From positions 1 to 45,129 of IMG/VR virus record IMGVR_UViG_3300043773_000874: a stretch of DNA of 45,129 nucleotides. The stretch is one strand, 5' to 3'. Under the pieces are notes generated by a model. It was given only the letters and a program-made list of their open reading frames with translations, had not been told where the DNA came from and did no database searches. This DNA is from a virus. Lineage: Duplodnaviria > Caudoviricetes. Below, in pieces: positions 25,097-33,500 of the stretch (position 1 is the stretch's first letter; every line of letters begins with the position of its first letter). Made by a program: the position numbers and the translations under genes.

Positions 25097-25965
25097 TGAC
25101 TGTCACCAATACATTCAATCTCCCCCAGCCGTTCGTTGACTTGGTGAGCGAGTCTTCATATTCGGCGGGGGAGGCTGATATCACTACTACGAGCCTCTTC
25201 CAGCCTCCGAAGATTCGGGAGTTGATGAAGCGCCACGGAGATAAGATTACCGAGGACGCTTCGGATCGCGTGTGGACAATGCTTGGAACGGCCAACCACT
25301 ACGTTCTAGAACAGATTGCCAAACGTAATCCCGAACGCTACCTGACCGAAGAGCGTTTCTACATGGATGTAGATGGCGTAAAACTTGGTGGACAGATCGA
25401 CCTCTATGACAGGCAAGAGCAAGTCCTTTATGATTACAAGGTCAGTAGTGTTTATAAAGCCTTGTCCGATGACAAGTTCGACTGGACGGCGCAAGCGGCA
25501 ATCAACACACTTCTACTTGAACATAATGGATATCCAGTAAAACGTGCAGCCATCATTCTTGTAATGAAGGACTGGAAGTTGCGCGACTCCAAAATCAAAG
25601 CTGATTACCCCAAGTGCGCTATTGTGGAAATTAAGTTAGATCCATGGAAGCCCGAAGAAACATTTGCATATATCAAAAGTCGAATTAATCTCCACCAACA
25701 AGCAAAAGACCTTCCCGATGACCAAATACCGATCTGCACACCTGAAGAACGCTGGGAAAAACCCACCATCTACGCCGTCCTCCCGAAAGAAGGAGCGAAA
25801 CGTGCCGTTAATGGTGGCTTATACGAGTCTGAATCTGAGGCTAAAGAACACGCAAAAAGAATTTCTGGTGCCGTCGAGAGACGGGAAGGGAGTTGTGCGC
25901 GGTGTATGGACTACTGTCGAGTGCGCCAGTTCTGCCAATTCGGAAGAAACCTAAAAACCAATTAA
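25096..25965 (+). CDS. PD-(D/E)XK exonuclease (Cas4/RecB-like)
   Basis: GTA.H, GGQIDL, YDYK, Q motif; C-terminal C..C..YC....FC. Confidence 0.8.
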   Translation: MTVTNTFNLPQPFVDLVSESSYSAGEADITTTSLFQPPKIRELMKRHGDKITEDASDRVWTMLGTANHYVLEQIAKRNPERYLTEERFYMDVDGVKLGGQIDLYDRQEQVLYDYKVSSVYKALSDDKFDWTAQAAINTLLLEHNGYPVKRAAIILVMKDWKLRDSKIKADYPKCAIVEIKLDPWKPEETFAYIKSRINLHQQAKDLPDDQIPICTPEERWEKPTIYAVLPKEGAKRAVNGGLYESESEAKEHAKRISGAVERREGSCARCMDYCRVRQFCQFGRNLKTN

Positions 25966-25970
25966 TAAAT

Positions 25971-26228
25971 ATGAGCATAGAATACAGAGGAGAAAAGTTC
26001 AGTGGCTATAACAAGCCAAAACGCACGGCCAACGGCCCTAAAAAATTCGCCGTCCTTGCCAAACAGGGAGATGAAGTGAAACTAGTTCGCTTCGGAGATC
26101 CCACGATGTCGATCAAGAAAGACCAGCCAGCCCGAAAGAAAAGCTACTGCGCGCGTTCTGGCGGCATCAAGGGAACAAGTAACAAACTGTCGGCCAATTA
26201 CTGGTCGCGCAAAAAATGGGAATGCTAA
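25971..26228 (+). CDS. 85-aa basic phage protein (DUF6321/DUF5754-like)
   Basis: ATG at 25971; NKPKRT..PKKFAV...VRFGD..M...RKKSY.AR...SANYWS. Confidence 0.75.
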   Translation: MSIEYRGEKFSGYNKPKRTANGPKKFAVLAKQGDEVKLVRFGDPTMSIKKDQPARKKSYCARSGGIKGTSNKLSANYWSRKKWEC

Positions 26229-26232
26229 TACT

Positions 26233-26370
26233 ATGAAAAAACGAGGACTATACGACAATATCAACGCAAGGAAGAAGGCTGGCACTAGCCGCCCGAAATC
26301 CAAATCTACTATCGATCCCAAGGTCTATAAGAAGATGAAGAGCAAAAAGGGTGGGTTTAAAGAAAAATGA
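26233..26370 (+). CDS. 45-aa Lys-rich phage protein (not in the ORF track)
   Basis: MKKRGLYDNINARKKAGTSRPKSKSTIDPKVYKKMKSKKGGFKEK. Confidence 0.7.
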   Translation: MKKRGLYDNINARKKAGTSRPKSKSTIDPKVYKKMKSKKGGFKEK

Positions 26371-26594
26371 AACCTCATCCAGACGATAGTATCTTTAAAG
26401 TCAAAGACTTCATCAACGAACTCTCGCGGGTTCAAGATGCTTACTTTGAGTCCTTGTGCTTTGAGCTTGGATTAGGTGACGGAGATGAACTTAAAGATCA
26501 TCTGTTTGACTACGTTTACAACGAACAGAAGATGGTAACATTCGGAGAGCATCTGGATGAGCTTGGTCAAGGAGATCTCTGGGACGGGCTGTGA
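26367..26594 (+). CDS. Hypothetical acidic protein
   Basis: ATGA/GTGA overlaps on both sides. Confidence 0.65.
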   Translation: MKPHPDDSIFKVKDFINELSRVQDAYFESLCFELGLGDGDELKDHLFDYVYNEQKMVTFGEHLDELGQGDLWDGL

Positions 26595-27376
26595 CCCTCA
26601 ACATCTTTACTATTGTTCTTGATGGCTCTCCGTGGATCGGGGCGCAGTTTGCAGAACTATGCCGATTAAAAGATACTGACTGGCGTTGGTCGATTGTCGA
26701 GGGGGCGGCGATGCCTCAGAAGGACACGGCTTGGATGGGTAACCAGACAGGGAAAGTTTCCCACGATGGTACTCATCAATTCCTACAAGCCCTAGCGCAC
26801 CATCCCCGAATCACGGTTAATAGCAAATCGGAATGGGGTGGTAAGACAGAGATGATCAATGCGGCGTTAACTGCTTTCAAGAAAGACGGCGTCTTACTTC
26901 AAATGGATAGTGATGAGTTGTGGACAGCCCAGCAGATGAGTGATCTTATTCCTCTCTTTGATGGCAACCCCGAAATCAATACCTTAAAGATCAAGATGGA
27001 TTACATGCTTGGGCCTAATGTAAAATCAACATCCACAGACGGTTACGGAAACAGGAAAGACGAGTGGGTGCGGGCTTGGAGGTACAGCGTTGGACTCTGG
27101 ATGGAGCGCCATGAACCTCCCGTGTTCAATGGGAATAGAGGCAAGATTTGCGAACGAGACGAGGCGACAGCTATGCTAGGACCAGTCCTCCACATGGCAT
27201 GGGTGACCCCGCAACAAGTATCCCAGAAGCAACGCATATACAAAGGTGGATACGAAAATGCCTGTGAAGATTGGGATAGGCTACAGCGCAACATGAAATG
27301 GCCTGTCAAAGATCTTAAACAGTTTTTGCCTTGGGTTGGTAGCGGGGCTTCGGCTGATTTACTTTTTAAGCAATAA
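26591..27376 (+). CDS. GT-A fold glycosyltransferase (GT2-like)
   Basis: IVEGA, S.DGT..FL, LLQMDSDELW (DxD), VLHM. Confidence 0.75.
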   Translation: MTLNIFTIVLDGSPWIGAQFAELCRLKDTDWRWSIVEGAAMPQKDTAWMGNQTGKVSHDGTHQFLQALAHHPRITVNSKSEWGGKTEMINAALTAFKKDGVLLQMDSDELWTAQQMSDLIPLFDGNPEINTLKIKMDYMLGPNVKSTSTDGYGNRKDEWVRAWRYSVGLWMERHEPPVFNGNRGKICERDEATAMLGPVLHMAWVTPQQVSQKQRIYKGGYENACEDWDRLQRNMKWPVKDLKQFLPWVGSGASADLLFKQ

Positions 27377-27412
27377 TCTGCTATTGACCTTGTAGAGATG
27401 GCATGGTAACTT
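27377..27412 (+). promoter_or_regulatory. Promoter for adaptor/ejection operon
   Basis: TTGACC-N17-TAACTT with TGn; TCTGCTATTGAC identical to the capsid promoter. Confidence 0.65.
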
Positions 27413-27422
27413 CGCGGGCAAA

Positions 27423-28397
27423 ATGTCCTCATTAAGTCTTGGCCTCGCCTGCGAGAGAATTCCTGCATCAGTAAAACCAATTGCCGATCCTCCTGATCTG
27501 GCGGGTTTTGATGCGGAAGCAGAACTTCGCAATAACATCAATCGCTTCTGCGAGAGGGTATTGGCTGAGGGGAAATGGCAAGGTACTCTGGTGCAGGCAC
27601 TTATCACCGCCTACGAGGACGCCAACGACAACAAGTTTATTACTCTCCCCCGCCATCTGGAGACCTGTATCCGTGCAGGCAAATCGGGCTACAAGACTGT
27701 GGCCGTTCAGAGTGAATGGTATCAGTATTTGCCCCAAGGGCGCGGCATCCGAAAAGCGGATGAGAAATACTTCGGCCCAATTCAGGACATGGGTGAGGGG
27801 TTTGTCACATTTCGGGACATGGAGACGCCGTCCCAACTTACCCTATCTAGCAGCGAAACAGAGTGTGCTGGCAGCTACATCTGGATTCGCGGAAAGGACT
27901 CAAATGGGAATAAAATTTATTCTACAGTGGATGGAGAACGAGTGGAGGGAATTCGTCTTGACCTTGGAGACGGAACCCAAACCACCTCTCAGACGTTTAA
28001 GGAGATCTATTCTGTCGAGAAGACCCCTACCACGGGCGTTATCTCCCTATCGGCTGGGGCGACAACGCTGGCCAAGTATGAGTCGGGCGAGCGGGCTATA
28101 AGCTACCGCCGTTATCTGGTGGATCGCAATTGGGACGCCGTCCAAGGCATCTTCAAGCGCAAGCATTGCTGGGCTATTAGCGACAACGACCCTCTCTACC
28201 CCGACTCCTTGGAAGCTATTAAGCTTGGCTTAATGGCTCTGAATGCCGAAGAGAAATCCGATGTCGAGCGCGGACAATATTACATGGATCGTGCAATTCT
28301 TCTTCTCAACGCCGAACTAAAAGAGTATAACGCAGGGCAAGAAGGGGTTATGCAAATTGCTCCTTGGCTTACCCGCCGACTCGTAAACATGACTTAA
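27423..28397 (+). CDS. Head-tail adaptor/connector-like protein
   Basis: Helical N- and C-termini around a beta-rich core; precedes ejection-type genes. Confidence 0.55.
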   Translation: MSSLSLGLACERIPASVKPIADPPDLAGFDAEAELRNNINRFCERVLAEGKWQGTLVQALITAYEDANDNKFITLPRHLETCIRAGKSGYKTVAVQSEWYQYLPQGRGIRKADEKYFGPIQDMGEGFVTFRDMETPSQLTLSSSETECAGSYIWIRGKDSNGNKIYSTVDGERVEGIRLDLGDGTQTTSQTFKEIYSVEKTPTTGVISLSAGATTLAKYESGERAISYRRYLVDRNWDAVQGIFKRKHCWAISDNDPLYPDSLEAIKLGLMALNAEEKSDVERGQYYMDRAILLLNAELKEYNAGQEGVMQIAPWLTRRLVNMT

Positions 28398-28398
28398 T

Positions 28399-29346
28399 AT
28401 GCCTCCAAGAGATAGACGTTTTCAACAAGCAGACCAACTAGCTGGAACTATGTTCAATGTGTTCCCACAGGGGGTTGGAGAACAAGTTAGTCGCGGGGCA
28501 CAATCCTTGGGGCAAGCAGTAATGGGTCTTGCCAGTCGCTTTACCAACCCGCTTGGAACACTGGCTTCAGATATCGGGGCCGCACGGGAGGCTGTGTCTG
28601 GAACCAGACTTATTGGTCAAAGACAATCCATGCAACAAGGGGTAACTGCACCCACTCCAGTTCTTCCTAGCGGAACGCCGATGACGGGATTTGACATTTA
28701 TCCCACAACTCCGCAATCTATTCCGCAAAATGTCGCTGCCACAGCCCCGCAACCCGCAGCTTCTTTGGTTTCTCCAAGTGTCCCAACATTCCCCACCGCT
28801 GGTATGGGATTGATGGGTAATCAAAATATCCGCCCTCTACCCACAGAACAAATTTACCCCACGACACGCATGGCTCCGACATTGGCTGATCGCGGCAACG
28901 TGACTACAGACATCACTGGCATGCAGGGCAAGGTTCCTATTCAAACTGCCTACGGAACAATCTATGCCACACCGCAACAAGCACAGACCCAGCGTGTTTC
29001 TGAAATGGGAACACTGCCAGCACAATCGGCGCGGTTGGCTAATATTGGCGAACAAGCCCGAAAAATGGGAATGGCCAAAGCTGGAGGAAGACAGATTGCC
29101 CAAGGTTACACCGAAACTATGAGACAGTTTGCCGAATCCACAATTCCTGAAGGAGCAAGGCGTTATAACCCAGCACCCCAAGGAAGGTTTGGTCAAGCCT
29201 TGGTTGGCAATTTTCCGCAGTCCACTGAAGCCAGAGAAATGAGACGCCAGCGCACAATGCCATCAACAATGGTTGCATCTTCAAGTCCCTATATTGAAGA
29301 GGAGCGTAGCCCGTTTTCAAATATTTACGGATTCCAACGCATTTAA
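28399..29346 (+). CDS. Putative internal virion (ejection) protein
   Basis: Low-complexity G/A/Q/P/T-rich, no Cys or Trp; position before the giant protein. Confidence 0.55.
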   Translation: MPPRDRRFQQADQLAGTMFNVFPQGVGEQVSRGAQSLGQAVMGLASRFTNPLGTLASDIGAAREAVSGTRLIGQRQSMQQGVTAPTPVLPSGTPMTGFDIYPTTPQSIPQNVAATAPQPAASLVSPSVPTFPTAGMGLMGNQNIRPLPTEQIYPTTRMAPTLADRGNVTTDITGMQGKVPIQTAYGTIYATPQQAQTQRVSEMGTLPAQSARLANIGEQARKMGMAKAGGRQIAQGYTETMRQFAESTIPEGARRYNPAPQGRFGQALVGNFPQSTEAREMRRQRTMPSTMVASSSPYIEEERSPFSNIYGFQRI

Positions 29347-30545
29347 TGGCTGAACCACTCACATCTTCTGATATTTGGAGAACCCAGCGTGGTTGGGGAG
29401 TTTCCCCCCTTGCCTCCGAGGAAGAGCGTAAACGCTTTGCTGCCGCTGGAGAAAGCCCGCTAACAACGCAAGCTCGCGAACGATTTGAGACTGGTCGCGG
29501 AATCTCCCCGATGGCTAGTCAGTCGGAGCGAGAGGCTTGGAAAGTTGCAGAGATTCAAGCGGGAACCAGATCTCCAATGGAATTGCCAGAATCTTATGGC
29601 GGGATGGGAGATCGTCCTAAAGCTACAACCCGCAGGGGATTTCGCATGCAACAGGAATGGGATAAACAGTATGAGATGATGCGGAAACAGGAAGAGGAAG
29701 CCCGTGAGGAAAATCGTTTCTTGATGAGCTATGAGTTGCAACGCCAACAAGAGGAGAGAATGAAGGGCGCACAAGATCTTCAAATCCAAGCTGGACTGGC
29801 AAAACAAAGCAGGCAGCAAGATGTTGAGAGGCAGGCCCAAGACATTATGAACAACATCGTCGGTTTCACCAGACCAGATGGCAGTAAGCAGAGTCCAATC
29901 AACGTCAACGATGAGGACGCTCCCGAAAGATTGCAGATGTTGATTGCCAACAATCGACGGGGAATGGAAAGTCAAGATGTCAAAGAGGTTGTGACCATGA
30001 TGCTTAATGATGCTCTTGATATCCGAGCAAAACGGGACGAAGAGATAATGTCCGACATCAAGGCAAAGGCTGGGCTGGCCAAGGATCTTAGCACTAACGG
30101 GTTGAGTATTGGAGAATTTACCAAGGACGGAAAGATTGATTATGTCGCGGCCTCCGATGCTCTTGGCAAAGCAATCGCAAAAGGAAGGGTTGAAGAAGAA
30201 GAGCGCAAGAGTTCTACTGCAATTGTCAATGATCTCCAAAAAGATGTGATCAAGATTCGTGGCGAGGTCGCCCGATACCAGAAGCTGCTTGAAGCCAGCC
30301 CCTCTAATCGAGAAGTTTCAAAACAGCTTCAAGGTGCCTTGGCTGATCAAGGTGTATTGGAAGACGAGATCAACAGACTGAGCCGTCCCCGCGAAGGAGG
30401 TGCCACAGAATCGGAGGGGCCAACTACAACAGAATCTCCCGCAAAAGAACTTAGTCAACAAGACCAAACTGCGCTAAACTGGGCCAATGCAAACCCAGAC
30501 GATCCTAGAGCAAAAAGAATTAAAGACAAACTTGGAGTTCAATAA
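29346..30545 (+). CDS. Putative internal virion (ejection) protein, coiled coil
   Basis: N-terminal G.SP repeats, long E/R/Q coiled coils, C-terminal QD..AL.WA.ANP.DPRA..IK.KLG motif. Confidence 0.6.
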   Translation: MAEPLTSSDIWRTQRGWGVSPLASEEERKRFAAAGESPLTTQARERFETGRGISPMASQSEREAWKVAEIQAGTRSPMELPESYGGMGDRPKATTRRGFRMQQEWDKQYEMMRKQEEEAREENRFLMSYELQRQQEERMKGAQDLQIQAGLAKQSRQQDVERQAQDIMNNIVGFTRPDGSKQSPINVNDEDAPERLQMLIANNRRGMESQDVKEVVTMMLNDALDIRAKRDEEIMSDIKAKAGLAKDLSTNGLSIGEFTKDGKIDYVAASDALGKAIAKGRVEEEERKSSTAIVNDLQKDVIKIRGEVARYQKLLEASPSNREVSKQLQGALADQGVLEDEINRLSRPREGGATESEGPTTTESPAKELSQQDQTALNWANANPDDPRAKRIKDKLGVQ

Positions 30546-33500
30546 TGGCCTTTGATCCAGATGAATATCTGAACGAGAAAGGCTCGCCATCTACCGCTAC
30601 AACGGAGTTTGACCCAGATGCCTATCTCAGTGAACCAGACTCAGAACAAGAACCTGAGTTTGATCCTGATGCTTATTTAGCAGAACCACCCCCAGTTGGC
30701 ACATCGCTTTTTGAGGAGATAACACAAATCCCGCAAGCCATCAAGCAGTCCATCGGACAGCCTTTGGAGGCCATGGGTGAGACCGCCGAAGTCTTGGGCG
30801 CTCCAGACCTTGGGGCAACGCTGCGAGGAGCCATTGAGGAACCCAAAGAATATGTCCCCGCTGCACAGAGATTCATGCAGCCACAAGAAGGAGAATTCCA
30901 GATTGGTGGGTTTGCTCCTCAATTCCTACCCCGCGCCATTGTTGAGCAAGCTGGTCAACTTGCTGGTGCTATCGGTATGCGGGCCGCTGGTGCTGCTGTT
31001 GGTGGTTTGACGGGATCTGTTGTCGGACCCAAAGGAACGGTGGCTGGTGCAGTCGCTGGATCTTTCCTTGGTCCAGCACTATTTGAAATGAGTCAGATTG
31101 TTGGTCCTGTGGCCCGTGAACGTGCCGCTAATCAGGGGCGAGAACAACCTAACGGTGACGATCTTGGTTGGGCGTGGGCTACGGCTGGTGCCAGTGGTGC
31201 GCTTAATGCTATCGGCGCGAGATACCTTCCCAATGGAGACAAGCTTGCTGGCGGGCTTGCCAAACGCATTTCTCAATCCTTCCTTGGTGAGGGTATCCCC
31301 GAAGGCGGTCAGGCCGCAGTTCAGCAGATCGGTGAAACATTCCTTACCGAGCAGGGGCTTGATCTTCGTCCGAAAGAAATTGCTGGTGAAGCCATTATTG
31401 GTGGTGGCGCTGGCGCTGCCGCAGTCGGTGTGGCCGAACCATTTACCAAGGCCAAGCAAGCTGCCGAGACTAAAGTGGTGGCAGAACAAGCCGCTCCCAT
31501 CGCGCCCGAAACTGCACAGGTGGTTAGCGAGCAGGCAAATCAAGTTATCAATGAGGCTCAAGTCGAGGAGACTGCCGAAACCCCCGAACAGCGAGTAACG
31601 CGCCTCCAAGAAGAAGCTACCGCAGCAGCAGGAATAGAACTAGAAGAAGAGGGGGAAGTCGGGGTCGAGCCGCCTGTTGCCATCACCCCGCCCGTAGCAC
31701 CCACTCCCGAAGGCGCAGTAGCCCCTGTAGAGCCAGTAGTTGAGCCAGTAGTAGCAGAGCCGCAGCCAGCCGCAGAAGTCGCGCCAGAGAGGCGGGATGA
31801 AGAATATACTTCTTCCGTCGAGGCGGGGAATACCGAAAGAGCGAAGCAACTGGTTGACGAGGCTTTTGTTGCGGCGTCCACCCCCGAAACAACTGATTCA
31901 GTTTTTGAGAGACACAAAGACTATAAGATGATGGGGCTTACTTTTGAGGAAATAGTCCAAAATCCCGAAGCACTAAGAGAAGAGGATCAAGACGATTACA
32001 ATACTGTGATGTATTGGGTGTCACAGATCCAGCAGGGCAACACGCCAACAGTGGTTGCTGATGACAATGGAATTCTTTGGGACGGATACCACCGACTTCT
32101 TGCAAGCAAGATAGCAAATGCCGAATCTGTAAACGTATTCAAATCAACCAAAGAACAAACGACTGATGAGGCTACTAAAGCCGTGGTTCGCGACAAAGAC
32201 GGGAACATTATTCCGCTCTCTCAAAGGTTCCCGCCAGCCGCCCCCGCAGTGACTCCTCCCGCCGAGGTGGCCCCCGAAGTTGCCCCGCCCCCGAATCTTG
32301 AACCTCTACGTCGAGTAGCAAGAGCAGAACAAACAGAAGAGGATGTTTCGGGGTTGGTCGGTCAAGGACTAGTCGAGCTATACAATGGGCAACCAGTGAT
32401 CACACAAGCGGGTCTAGAGGCGCTACCAGAGGCAGAACGCCCAAGGTTGAACCCCGAAGCCCGAAAGATCCAAATCGACACAGGATCAAACGAAGTAGTA
32501 GCCGAAGCCATCGCGAAGGGGCTTCGTATCGGGGTGGATCAGGTGGGAACAGGTGTGCGTATGCCCGCAGGCTGGACACTGGTAGAGGATATCTATGTTC
32601 CGCCGAAAAAGATGGAGAAGATTGACCTTTCTGATGTCGAGGCATTGGCAGAAGTAGACGAGAACTCTGACATATTTGCAGAAATTATCCGCAAGAAAGA
32701 TGAGGCGAAAGCGGCGGTGGTTCAAAAGCCAGAAGGATCTGCTTTTGCCAATCAGGAGGAATTCCGTGCGGCGTTTGATCTTCGCGGCGAGGGCCACGGA
32801 CGATTCGCCACAAGACTTGATCTGATGGTTGCTGATGGAGCCATTACCAGCGAGGGACAAGATCTAATAATGGCTGTTATCTTTGATAACAAAACAAATG
32901 ACGAGTTTTTGGCTAACATGGAGATGGGGTCTCTGCGTCCTCGTGTTTCCAGAGCATATGGTCGCGGTGGAGCTAGTCGGCAAACTGTTGAGACAATAAG
33001 AGGAAAGGCAATTGGTTATAAGCCATCATTGCGGATGATGCAAAATGCCAGAAAGGGTCTTCAAATAGACGAGCAAACAGCCGAAACCCTATCAACATTT
33101 TGGCATGAATTTGGCCACGCTGGATACTATTCGCTACTGGATAAGGCACAGAAAAGCAAGATCGCTTCTGTCTACAATAAAACAACTCAAACGCAGCGTA
33201 AAAAATTCTTTGAAAGCGGTGTTGCTGCTGCAAGACAAGCGGACTTCTATTCAAGATACTATGCCAAGAGCGAGTCAGAGTGGTTTGCTCAATCTTTTGC
33301 TGAATATGTTCTTACTAAAAAGTCAGAACAGAAGGCTTTAGTGCCAATATTTGAAAGCATCTTAAATAAAGTTAAAAATATATTTGGAAAACTGTTTTCA
33401 AGAAAGGAAGGGACGCCAGAGCTTGAAGACATTTTTGAATATATTATTCAGGGTAAAGACTATGGATCAACCAAGATTTGGTGGAACGGGATGCAAATGT

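Noticed and set aside
25096-25965. Cas4-like nuclease as evidence of a CRISPR-Cas locus
   Set aside because: No repeat-spacer array or other cas genes seen; solo PD-(D/E)XK exonucleases are common in phages
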